Shown one piece after another: positions 17,469 through 26,078 of a stretch of DNA of 64,000 nt (positions are counted from its first letter, which is position 1; each line of letters starts with the position of its first letter). The DNA is taken from contig OZ220732.1 in NCBI GenBank assembly GCA_965116905.1, positions 832,001-896,000 on the forward strand. Reading direction: 5' to 3'. The notes under the pieces were generated by a model. That model saw nothing but the letters and a program-made list of their open reading frames with translations. It did no database searches and was not told where the DNA came from. The translations under genes were made by a program, and so were the position numbers. Source of the stretch: Longimicrobiales bacterium (GTDB taxonomy: Bacteria > Gemmatimonadota > Gemmatimonadetes > Longimicrobiales > Gaopeijiaceae).

Positions 17469-18200
17469 CTATCCGGCGGTGGCAAGGTAGTCCAGAATGG
17501 CCTCCACCCCCGATGCGGCCATGCCGTGCACTTCGCGGGGAAGCTCGCCATAGACACGCCGGGTGAGAAGATCGAGGTCGCTGCTGCCGGTCTCCGCCAG
17601 GGCACACCGGACCTGCTCGATCCGCGAAAGGCGGTGGTTGCGGAAGCGGGCGATGGCCTCCGCCGGGTCGTGGAGGGGGTCTCCGTGGCCCGGATAGAGG
17701 ACGCGGGCGTTCAGCGCGTCGATACGGTCCAGCGAGGCCAGGTAGTCGGCGACGCCCCCCGGGTATTCGCCGACCCACGTCGTGTCGCCCTCTCCCAGGA
17801 TGAGGTCGCCGGTGAAGACCGCACCCTCGTCCGGAAGGTGGAAGCAGAAGTGCCGGCGCGCGTGGCCGGGCGTCCAGATGGCGACCAGATCGCCGCCGTC
17901 CGTTGCGATGATTTCGCCGTCGCCGAGGTCGTGGCCGCTCCCCGGGCCGCGCACGGCGGCTCCGGTCAGGCGCGCGAGTTCTTCCGCGCCCGCCGCGTGA
18001 TCCGCGTGGGCGTGGGTGACGAGGACAACGACATGATCCGCCCCGCGGACCGCCGCCGCCAGGACCCGAAGGTGGCTTTCGAGGACCGGGCCGGGGTCGA
18101 TGACGGCCGCCCTGCGTTCACCGACGACATGGCTTCTCGTGCCGTCGATCGTGAAGCGTCCGGGGTTGTCGGCCCGGAAGGACCGCACAGCCACCGGCAC
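17469..18200 (-). CDS. MBL-fold metallo-hydrolase
   Basis: ADNPGRFTIDGT, THAHADH, TPGHA, FTGD, PGHG; start placed at GTG 18200. Confidence 0.88.
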   Translation of the reverse strand: MPVAVRSFRADNPGRFTIDGTRSHVVGERRAAVIDPGPVLESHLRVLAAAVRGADHVVVLVTHAHADHAAGAEELARLTGAAVRGPGSGHDLGDGEIIATDGGDLVAIWTPGHARRHFCFHLPDEGAVFTGDLILGEGDTTWVGEYPGGVADYLASLDRIDALNARVLYPGHGDPLHDPAEAIARFRNHRLSRIEQVRCALAETGSSDLDLLTRRVYGELPREVHGMAASGVEAILDYLATAG

Positions 18201-18205
18201 GGCCT

Positions 18206-18673
18206 CTAGCGTCGCTCGTGGGCGATCTGCTCCGCCAGCTTGTCGGCGATCATCTGCACCGCCACCTCGTCCTGCGAGGTGAAGGCGGCCGGCTGGTGCG
18301 AGTCGATGTCGAACTGTCCGTAGATCTCGGTTCCGGCACGGATCAGGACGACCAGCTCCGACTTCACCTCCGGGCTGCAGGCCAGATAGCCCTCGAACTG
18401 CGTCACGTCGGGAACGTTCTGGTTGGCCCCGTGCGCGATCGCGGTGCCGCACACGCCCTGGCCCACGGGAATCCGGGCGTGCTCGGTGGGCTGGCCCACG
18501 TAGTTGTGGAGCCACAGTTCAAGCCCCTCGTCGTTGAGCAGGTAGGCTCCGACCCAGTCGGCACGATCGTCCCGGTGGAGGGTCTTTACGGCGTGCCGGA
18601 GAAGGGCGTCCGAAAGGTACCCTTCCTCCCTCATCTCCTGGATTTCCCTAATTACGATCCGGGCGTCGACCAT
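18206..18673 (-). CDS. GAF domain protein, free methionine-R-sulfoxide reductase (MsrC/YebR)-like
   Basis: WVGAY, RIPVGQGVCGTA, VPDV, YLACS, SELVV, DIDS. Confidence 0.8.
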   Translation of the reverse strand: MVDARIVIREIQEMREEGYLSDALLRHAVKTLHRDDRADWVGAYLLNDEGLELWLHNYVGQPTEHARIPVGQGVCGTAIAHGANQNVPDVTQFEGYLACSPEVKSELVVLIRAGTEIYGQFDIDSHQPAAFTSQDEVAVQMIADKLAEQIAHERR

Positions 18674-18730
18674 CTCCTCGCTTCTTGATCAGGAGTCACT
18701 GGATTCACGGGCACTCAATATAGCCCCACG

Positions 18731-19795
18731 TCAACCGCGCCCGAAATCAACCCCCTCATCCAGCCTGGCCACAAACGCCGCCAGGAGGCGCGCCGTCAGA
18801 AAGAGGTCGGAGGCCGACACCATCTCGCTGGGCGAGTGCATGTACCGGTTCGGCACCGACACGAGCCCCGTCGGGATCCCGCCGCGCGCCAGGTGAATCG
18901 CGTCGGCGTCGGTGCTCGTGCGCAGCGGCGCCGCCTGGATCGAGTACGGGATGTCGTTGGCCTCGGCCGTCTCCGCCAGCAGTTCGAACACCCGGGGATG
19001 CGTGGCCGATCCGCGCGTCAGGACCGGACCACCACCCAGCGAGTGCTCGCCCACTTCGGACTTCTCGACCTCCGGCACGTCGGTGGCGTGCGTCACGTCC
19101 ACCACCAGCGCCACATCGGGGGCGAGGCCGAACGCGCTGGCCCGCGCGCCCCCGCCCGAGTAGCCGATCTCCTCCTGCGCGGTCGCGACGGCCACCGCCC
19201 CCGCCCGGCCCCCCCGTTCGGCGACGATCCGAAGCGCTTCAAGCACGATGAACGCGCCGACGCGGTTGTCGATCGCCCTGCTGGCCACCCGGTCCCCCGC
19301 AAGACGCACCATCCCGGCGTCGATCACGGCGGGGTCGCCCACCCGCACGCCCAGTTCGCCAAGCTGCTCCCGCGATTCGGCCCCCACATCGATCCAGAGC
19401 TTCTTCACCTTCACGGCCTTGTCCCGCTCCTTCGGGTCGATCAGGTGGATGGCCTTGCGTCCGATCACGCCAGCGACGTCGCCCTTCGACCCGAGCACGC
19501 GCACCCGCTGCCCCACCAGCACCTGCGGGTCCCAGCCCCCGATGCCGGCGAAGTAGAGCAGGCCCGACTTGTCCGCGTGCGTGACCTGCAGGCCGATCTC
19601 GTCGATGTGGCCGGCCAGCAGCGCCAGGGGCCGCGCGTCGCGCCGGACGGCCGCGTACGTGTTGCCGACGACGTCGGACCATGCCTCGGCAAACGAGTCC
19701 GCCTCTTCACGCCACACCCGCGCGGCGCGGGCCTCGAAACCCGACGGGCCGGGCGCATCCAGCAGGCGCTCCAGGAATGCGATGTCCCCGCTCAC
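18731..19795 (-). CDS. M42 family aminopeptidase
   Basis: PGPSGFE, GHIDEIG, SRAIDNRVG, AQEEIG, DVTHATD, TDAD, RYMHSP; GTG start overlaps fxsA stop. Confidence 0.92.
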   Translation of the reverse strand: MSGDIAFLERLLDAPGPSGFEARAARVWREEADSFAEAWSDVVGNTYAAVRRDARPLALLAGHIDEIGLQVTHADKSGLLYFAGIGGWDPQVLVGQRVRVLGSKGDVAGVIGRKAIHLIDPKERDKAVKVKKLWIDVGAESREQLGELGVRVGDPAVIDAGMVRLAGDRVASRAIDNRVGAFIVLEALRIVAERGGRAGAVAVATAQEEIGYSGGGARASAFGLAPDVALVVDVTHATDVPEVEKSEVGEHSLGGGPVLTRGSATHPRVFELLAETAEANDIPYSIQAAPLRTSTDADAIHLARGGIPTGLVSVPNRYMHSPSEMVSASDLFLTARLLAAFVARLDEGVDFGRG

Positions 19796-20346
19796 TGCGA
19801 GTCCCCCCAGTCCGACCGCCGACTGTGCACCTCGGTCCGTCCGTGCACCTCGGTCCGCTCGTGCACCTCGGTCCGCTCGTGCACCTCGGTCCGCCCGTGG
19901 ACTTCGGTCCGCCCGTCCATCTCGGTCCGCCGCGACGTGAACCCGCCGCCGGGACCCCAGACCCGGAACTCGACCGCGCCCTCGCTCATGCGCCGCTCGA
20001 GCCCGCGGCGCACCAGCCGCTGCAGCCATCGCCGCGAGGTCGGAATGAGCAGGCTGAAGCCGGCCACGTCGGTGAGGATCCCCGGGGTCAGCAGAAACGC
20101 ACCGCCCACCAGGATCGCCAGGCCGTCGAGCAGCGACCGCCCCGGCAGCCTGCCCTCGGCGAGTTCGCGCTGCACCGCCATGAACGCCCGCAGGCCCTGC
20201 CGCCGAGCCAGGGCCGCGCCCGCCACCCCGGTCACCACGACCAGCGCGAAGGTGGGGCCGATCCCGATCCACTGCCCGACCTGCAGCAGGATCGCCAGCT
20301 CCACCAGCGGGACGGCTACGAAGAGAAAGATCAATCTGCTCAGCAC
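19792..20346 (-). CDS. fxsA: FxsA family membrane protein with repetitive C-terminal tail
   Basis: FVAVPLVELAILL, GAALARRQG, GGAFLLTPGILTDVAG. Confidence 0.88.
   Translation of the reverse strand: MLSRLIFLFVAVPLVELAILLQVGQWIGIGPTFALVVVTGVAGAALARRQGLRAFMAVQRELAEGRLPGRSLLDGLAILVGGAFLLTPGILTDVAGFSLLIPTSRRWLQRLVRRGLERRMSEGAVEFRVWGPGGGFTSRRTEMDGRTEVHGRTEVHERTEVHERTEVHGRTEVHSRRSDWGDSQ
19825..19931. repeat. 18-bp tandem repeat x6 encoding (E/G)RTEVH at the FxsA C-terminus
   Basis: GTGCACCTCGGTCCG(T/C)(C/T)C units at 19825, 19843, 19861, 19879; degenerate at 19897, 19915. Confidence 0.95.
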
Positions 20347-20424
20347 TGGGCGGGCTCCCATTCGTGGGTCTGAAGTCCCCGAAGAATACCCCCGGTGGAC
20401 ATTGCAATGTATATTCTTCGGACC

Positions 20425-21636
20425 ATGCAGCAGACCTACTTCCGAAAGGGTTTCGGGCTCAAGGCCGAGGTCAGGCCCGTCATTGACTCCGAATACCACT
20501 CCGCCATCGTCGAACGAATCCGGTCGCGTGCCTACACCGATCGGTTCGGAGACATCAAGGTACGCCTGGCGAAGGATTTCGGTTTCTGCTACGGGGTCGA
20601 CCGCGCGATCGACTACGCCTACGAGGCGCGCCACAAGTTCCCCGACAAGCGCATCTACCTGGTCGGCGAGATCATTCACAACCCGCACGTGAACCGGCGG
20701 CTCGCGGAGATGGGCATCGAAATGCTCGTTCCGGGGGAAGGCGGAAACTTCGACTACGGGCACATCGCCGCCGACGACGTCGTGATCATCCCCGCCTTCG
20801 GGGTGACGATCGGCGACATGAAGAAGCTCCAGGAGATCGGCTGTATCCTCGTCGACACCACCTGCGGCTCCGTTCTGCTCGTGTGGAAGCGCGTGAACGG
20901 CTACGCGCGCGACGGCTTCACCGCCGTCATCCACGGCAAGTACAAGCACGAGGAGTCGCGGGCGACCGCCAGCCAGGTGCACAAGCACGAGGGCGGCAAG
21001 TACATCATCGTGCGGGATATGGCCGAGGCGGAGAGCGTGGGCGCGTACATGACGGGCCGCGGCGATGCCCCGAGCCGGGACGAGTTTCTCCGGCGCTTCG
21101 CCGACCGCAGTTCCGACGGCTTCGACCCCGACACCGATCTCGCGAAGATCGGCGTGGCCAACCAGACGACGATGCTGGCCACCGAATCGCTTGCCATCGG
21201 CGCGCGCCTGCGCGAGATGATGGCCGACGCGCAGGGGGAGGACCACGCGGAAGAGCACTTCCGGTCCTTCGGGACCATCTGTTCCGCGACCCAGGAGCGT
21301 CAGGACGCCGTGCTCGAGATGATGCGCGAGCCGCCCGACATCATGATCGTTGTCGGCGGCTACAACTCGTCCAACACGAACCACCTCGCCCACATGTGCC
21401 GCGAGTACACCGAGACGTACCACATCAAGGACGCGGCGTGCATCGACATGGACACCGGCGCGATCCACCACAAGCCCGGGCTGGATCCGCAGTCGCCCGA
21501 GGTCACCGAGATGGACTGGCTGCCGGAGGGCCCCTTCGAACTGGGAATCACCGCGGGCGCGTCCACGCCGAACAACAAGATCGGCGAGGCGGTTTTCCGG
21601 GTGCTGAAGATCAAGGGGATAGAGCCGGACCTATAG
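20425..21636 (+). CDS. ispH: 4-hydroxy-3-methylbut-2-enyl diphosphate reductase
   Basis: GFCYGVDRA, EIIHNPHV, DTTC, HGKYKHEE, NQTTM, TICSATQERQ, GGYNSSNT, ITAGASTP. Confidence 0.95.
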   Translation: MQQTYFRKGFGLKAEVRPVIDSEYHSAIVERIRSRAYTDRFGDIKVRLAKDFGFCYGVDRAIDYAYEARHKFPDKRIYLVGEIIHNPHVNRRLAEMGIEMLVPGEGGNFDYGHIAADDVVIIPAFGVTIGDMKKLQEIGCILVDTTCGSVLLVWKRVNGYARDGFTAVIHGKYKHEESRATASQVHKHEGGKYIIVRDMAEAESVGAYMTGRGDAPSRDEFLRRFADRSSDGFDPDTDLAKIGVANQTTMLATESLAIGARLREMMADAQGEDHAEEHFRSFGTICSATQERQDAVLEMMREPPDIMIVVGGYNSSNTNHLAHMCREYTETYHIKDAACIDMDTGAIHHKPGLDPQSPEVTEMDWLPEGPFELGITAGASTPNNKIGEAVFRVLKIKGIEPDL

Positions 21637-21652
21637 CGTCACGGTGCCGTGT

Positions 21653-22447
21653 TCACATCCCCGGAGGCGTGAACCTTCCGTCGATCGCCGTCCAGCCGCC
21701 GTCGGCGAAGAGCACGGCCCCGGTCACGTAGCTTGCCGCGTCGGAAGCGAGAAAGACCGTCGGCCCGGCCATCTCCCGCGCGCTCCCCCAGCGCCCGAGA
21801 ATGTTGCCCTCTGCGTAGGCACGGTACCACTCCGGCCGGTCCTTGATCGGTGCCGTGAGCGGCGTGTCGATGACCCCCGGCGCCATGGCGTTGACGCGCA
21901 CCCCGTACGGCCCCAGTTCGGCGGCCGCCGCGCGGACCATCTGCACGATGCCCGCCTTGGTGGCCGCGTACATGCTCTGGCCCGGCTCGACGACGACCGA
22001 CCGGACCGAACTGAAGAGGACGATCGACCCGCTCCCCTGCTCCCGCATGATCCGCCCGGCGGACTGGATGACGTGCGCACCGCCCTTGAGGTTCAGGCCG
22101 AGCACGCGGTCGATCTCGTCGTCGGTGTAGTCGAGGAGGGGCTTGCGCACGTTCACGCCGGGGGTGCACACGACGACGTCCAGCGACCCGTGATCGGCCG
22201 CGATCGCCTCGAACGCGGCGGTGACGGCGGGCCCGTCGAGGATGTCGAGCTGCGCGCTGGTTGCCCGGGCGTCCTTCGCACCCGCGCGAATCGCCTCCGC
22301 CGTCGTCGCGGCGCCTTCCGGGTCCAGGTCGAGGCAGTGCACGCGCGCGCCGGCCTCCGCGCATCCGATCGCGACCGCCTCTCCAATGCCGGAGCCGGCA
22401 CCCGCCACGGCGGCGTTGCGCCCCGCCAGGCTGAACATGGAACTCAT
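21653..22447 (-). CDS. SDR family oxidoreductase
   Basis: GAGSGIG, YAATK, VRVNAMAPG, ASYVTG, DGGW. Confidence 0.9.
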   Translation of the reverse strand: MSSMFSLAGRNAAVAGAGSGIGEAVAIGCAEAGARVHCLDLDPEGAATTAEAIRAGAKDARATSAQLDILDGPAVTAAFEAIAADHGSLDVVVCTPGVNVRKPLLDYTDDEIDRVLGLNLKGGAHVIQSAGRIMREQGSGSIVLFSSVRSVVVEPGQSMYAATKAGIVQMVRAAAAELGPYGVRVNAMAPGVIDTPLTAPIKDRPEWYRAYAEGNILGRWGSAREMAGPTVFLASDAASYVTGAVLFADGGWTAIDGRFTPPGM

Positions 22448-22473
22448 TCCATCTCTCCCTCGATGAGACGACA

Positions 22474-22505
22474 TTGCGTAAACTGGAGTTTGCGTAAACT
22501 GGAGT
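22474..22505. repeat. 16-bp direct repeat x2 (TTGCGTAAACTGGAGT) in the divergent SDR / deacylase intergenic region
   Basis: Exact copies at 22474 and 22490. Confidence 0.9.
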
Positions 22506-22556
22506 TTATCATGGGGAACCAATCTACCCAACCGGAACACACGGAAGGGCACCAGG

Positions 22557-23879
22557 GTGCCTCCGGCGTCTAGCCGGCGGCCGGGCAGGCCTGAGCAACG
22601 ACCGGGCAGGGCCGCCCTCATCGACCGCGTCCTGCAGCAGGCCGAGGCCGCCCGGGACGAGATCGTCGAGTTCACGGCTGGCCTCATTCGCATCCCCACG
22701 GTCAATCCGCCGGGGGACTACTACCGCGAGTGCGCGGAAGTGATCCACGGGCGGCTGCGGGAGGCCGGGATGGCCGTCCAGTACGTAGCGGCGGAGGGTC
22801 TGCCCGAGCACACCGCAAAGTATCCGCGCATCAACGTGGTGGGGCGAAGCGGCGATGCCGGCGCACGGCCGCGGATGCACCTGAACGGCCACTTCGACGT
22901 GGTTCCGCCGGGCGATGACTGGTCAGTCGATCCGTTCGGCGGACTCGTGCGCGACGGACGCATCTACGGGCGCGGCGCCTCCGACATGAAGTCGGGGATC
23001 GCGGCGGCGGTCTTCGCGGTGGAAGCCATTCGCAGGGCCGGCGTGCGGCTGCGCGGCGGGGTCGACGTCAGCGCGACCGTGGACGAGGAGAGCGGCGGCT
23101 TCGCCGGCGTGGCCCATCTTTGCGAAGCTGGAGTGATCTCGGCAGAGAATACGGACTTCGCGATCATCCCCGAGCCCTTCGGACCGACGCGCGTCTGTGT
23201 GGGACACCGAGGCGTGTACTGGTTCGACGTCGTCGCCCACGGCCACACCGCGCACGGCAGCATGAGCCATCTGGGCCGGAGCGCCATCGACGACATGGGC
23301 GCGCTGCTGGAGGCCTTCCGCACGCAGCTCGGTCCCGACCTCGCCGTCCGCCTCTCGGAACTGCCCGTCGTGCCGGAGCCATCGCGCCGACCCTCGCTCA
23401 ACGTCAACGCCATCATCGGCGGCCAGGCGGACGAGTCTTCCCAGTCGCCCTGCGTCGCGGACCGCTGCGCGGCCACCTTCGACCGGCGGTTCATCCCCGA
23501 GGAGCCGTTCGAGGAGGTGCGGGACGAGATCGTCCGCCTCGTGAAGGCCGTCGAAGCGGCGGAGCCGGGACGCCGCTTCACGATCGAGGACCGCATGACC
23601 GTGCACCCCACCTGGGCGCCGCGGGGCTCCCCGCTGGTGGCGGCGCTGTCAGCGGCGGTGCGGACCGTGACCGGCGCGGATGCCCGGCAGGTGGCCAGCC
23701 CCGGCACGTACGACCAGAAGCACTTCGCGCGGATCGCGGGGGTCGAACATTGCGTGGCCTACGGACCCGGCCCGCTCGAGGAGGCGCACCAGCCGGACGA
23801 ATCCTGCTCGATCACCGACATCGTGGCGAGCACGCAGGTGATGGCGTTGACGGTGCTGGAACTGGTGGGGCCGCCATGA
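22557..23879 (+). CDS. ArgE/DapE family M20 deacylase
   Basis: LIRIPTVNPPG, NGHFDVVP, YGRGASDMKSG, DEESGG, AHGS, AHQPDE; start uncertain. Confidence 0.9.
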   Translation: MPPASSRRPGRPEQRPGRAALIDRVLQQAEAARDEIVEFTAGLIRIPTVNPPGDYYRECAEVIHGRLREAGMAVQYVAAEGLPEHTAKYPRINVVGRSGDAGARPRMHLNGHFDVVPPGDDWSVDPFGGLVRDGRIYGRGASDMKSGIAAAVFAVEAIRRAGVRLRGGVDVSATVDEESGGFAGVAHLCEAGVISAENTDFAIIPEPFGPTRVCVGHRGVYWFDVVAHGHTAHGSMSHLGRSAIDDMGALLEAFRTQLGPDLAVRLSELPVVPEPSRRPSLNVNAIIGGQADESSQSPCVADRCAATFDRRFIPEEPFEEVRDEIVRLVKAVEAAEPGRRFTIEDRMTVHPTWAPRGSPLVAALSAAVRTVTGADARQVASPGTYDQKHFARIAGVEHCVAYGPGPLEEAHQPDESCSITDIVASTQVMALTVLELVGPP

Positions 23880-23892
23880 CCATGGGAAGGGA

Positions 23893-23919
23893 GGTCGGCC
23901 GCGGTGCGCGGGGCCGACC
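23893..23919. terminator. GC-rich hairpin between convergent genes (possible terminator)
   Basis: GGTCGGCC ... GGCCGACC 8-bp stem; no U-tract. Confidence 0.35.
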
Positions 23920-23924
23920 GGCCA

Positions 23925-25982
23925 TCAGGTCCCGGATTGGGTCGCCGCTCTCCCGTCATCGTGGGTGCCCCAGCGCTCGAACCACTTCCGCAGGTAGAGC
24001 TGAGTGCGCAGGAAGTTCGAAGGGATTCGCGACGTGCCGTGCCACTCGCCCTGGAAGCGCAGCATCGCCGTCGGCTTCTTCTGCGCCTTGAGCGCCTGGT
24101 AGAACTGTTCGGTCTGCGACATCGGCGTGCGGAGGTCGAGCTCACCGGTCATCAGCATGGTCGGCGTGGTCACGTTGCCGACGTACATGATCGGAGAGCG
24201 CCGGATGTGCTCGCTCGGGTCTTCCCAGGGAAAGCGCTCGAAGTCCGCGTACCAGCGCAGCGGGTTCCCGTCGACCTCGCCGGGAAAGGCCAGCCAGTTG
24301 GTCACAGGGCAGTTCGACGAGGCCGCGCGGAAGCGGTCGGTGTGTCCCACGACCCAGGCGGTGAGCACGCCGCCACCCGAGCAGCCGTAGACGAACATGT
24401 TCGCCTCGTCCACGTAGCCGTGCGAGATCAGCTCGTCCACGCTGGACATGAGGTCGTGGAAGTCGTGGTTCGGGTAGTCGTACTGGATCGCGTTGCCGAA
24501 CTCGGTGCCGTACCCGGAGCTTCCGCGCGGATTGGTGTAGAGCACGACGTAGCCGTTGGCCGCGTGTTCCTGCCAGGCGAAGTTGAAGCCCCCGTTGTAC
24601 ATGCCGTGGGGTCCGCCGTGGATGACGAGCATCATCGGGTAGCTGATCCCCGGGCGGAAGCCGGGCGGCTTGATGACCCAGCCGTGGATCGGCAGTCCGT
24701 CGTGAGACGACTCCGCCCAGATCTGTTCCACTTCTCCCAGGGTCACCCCGGCCAGCACGTCCGCGTTGACGTCCGTGAGGCGGGTGCGCTGCTGCGGCCG
24801 GTCCACGGGGAAGGCGTAGACATCGCCCGGCTCGTGGGCGTCGCCCCACGTCCCCACCGCCATGCCACCCGCGCTGACGTCGTTCAGCGAGAACATCTGC
24901 GGACCTTCGCTCGCGGCGCGCACCTCGCCGTCGATCGACGCGTACATGATGTTTGCGTAGCCATCGGCCTGGACGTTGAAGTAGACGCCTCCGCCATCCG
25001 GCGCCCACTGCAGGCCGCGCGGGGTACGGTCGAGCTCGGTGGTGAGCGCCCTCGGGTTCGAGCCGTCGGCATTCATCACGTAGAGCGTGGACTCGATGTA
25101 GTCGAAGGTGGTCGTGTCGTGACCGACGTATGCGATCATGCTTCCGTCGGGTGAGGGTGCCGGCGCTCCGTCCGGCCCCTTGCGCGCGGTCACCTGGCGC
25201 AACTCGCCCGAATCGACGCCGAGCCTGTAGACTTCGCTCTCCTGCCACCTGTAAAGCGCGTCGTCTTCGATCAGGCCGCTGAAGAGAAGGGTCTCGCCGT
25301 TGGGCTCCCAGACGGGCATCCCGTAGTTGTGGTCCCCGGCGGTGAGCTGTCGCGGCGTGCCCCCGTCTGCCGGCACGACGAAGATGTGGCGGAAGTTCTC
25401 GTCGAGGAATCCGACGCGGTCCTGGCGGTAGACAAGGCTCTCGATGATGCGGGGCCCGGGGGTCCAGTCGGCGCCCTCCGGCGTCGGCAGCGACACCTGC
25501 CAGTGGCGCGCGCTGGGGTTTTCGGCGGGGACGCTCATGGTGAACGCCAGCCGTGTTCCGTCGGGCGACCACTCCGGGGCGGAGGGGCTCTCTTCGACCC
25601 GGGTGACCTGCGTTACCGCGCCTTCGGCGTCCATCCAGCGCACGAAGATCTGCGTGTTGCCCGCCTCGTCGTCGGCCAGGAAGGCGATTCGGTCGCCGTT
25701 GGGCGACCAGCGCGGCGAGGCACCCGCGATCAGGTTGCGGGGACGCGACCCGTCCGAATCTACGATATGGATCGACGACTCCCAGCGGTCGTTGATCCTG
25801 TCGACCCACCCGCGCGTGTAGACGACGGCGGATCCGTCGGGCGAGATCCTGGGGTCCGAGACGCGCTCCCAGTCGAGCCAGGTCTCGAGGGTGAGGGGGG
25901 TGGGGGCCTGAGCACGGGCAGACTCGGGGACGGCCGCGGCGAATACGGCGACGAATACGACGGCGGGGACCATGGCCTTCAT
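23925..25982 (-). CDS. secreted S9 family peptidase (acylaminoacyl/dipeptidyl aminopeptidase-like)
   Basis: Signal peptide, PD40-like WSPDG repeats, IHGGP, NPRGSSGYG, GCSGGG nucleophile elbow, DLRT, EWHG. Confidence 0.92.
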   Translation of the reverse strand: MKAMVPAVVFVAVFAAAVPESARAQAPTPLTLETWLDWERVSDPRISPDGSAVVYTRGWVDRINDRWESSIHIVDSDGSRPRNLIAGASPRWSPNGDRIAFLADDEAGNTQIFVRWMDAEGAVTQVTRVEESPSAPEWSPDGTRLAFTMSVPAENPSARHWQVSLPTPEGADWTPGPRIIESLVYRQDRVGFLDENFRHIFVVPADGGTPRQLTAGDHNYGMPVWEPNGETLLFSGLIEDDALYRWQESEVYRLGVDSGELRQVTARKGPDGAPAPSPDGSMIAYVGHDTTTFDYIESTLYVMNADGSNPRALTTELDRTPRGLQWAPDGGGVYFNVQADGYANIMYASIDGEVRAASEGPQMFSLNDVSAGGMAVGTWGDAHEPGDVYAFPVDRPQQRTRLTDVNADVLAGVTLGEVEQIWAESSHDGLPIHGWVIKPPGFRPGISYPMMLVIHGGPHGMYNGGFNFAWQEHAANGYVVLYTNPRGSSGYGTEFGNAIQYDYPNHDFHDLMSSVDELISHGYVDEANMFVYGCSGGGVLTAWVVGHTDRFRAASSNCPVTNWLAFPGEVDGNPLRWYADFERFPWEDPSEHIRRSPIMYVGNVTTPTMLMTGELDLRTPMSQTEQFYQALKAQKKPTAMLRFQGEWHGTSRIPSNFLRTQLYLRKWFERWGTHDDGRAATQSGT

Positions 25983-26078
25983 GGAAGACCTCCTGCGATG
26001 CGGGCAAATGCGGGAACCGGCCTCAAGATGGGGCGGCCGGCGGCAATTGGACAGCAGGGCGCCTTTGTCGGCGGGCTG

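Noticed and set aside
19825..19931. Repeat arrays as possible CRISPR
   Set aside because: Units are contiguous with no unique spacers, are shorter than CRISPR repeats, and there are no cas genes; the same applies to 2808 and 8422.
12157..21471. Apparent long fusion ORFs (12157-14448, 17469-18515, 18731-20407, 19792-21471; likewise 62332-63210)
   Set aside because: The N-terminal extensions are off-frame read-back through neighbouring genes; real starts coincide with stop/start overlaps or RBSs.
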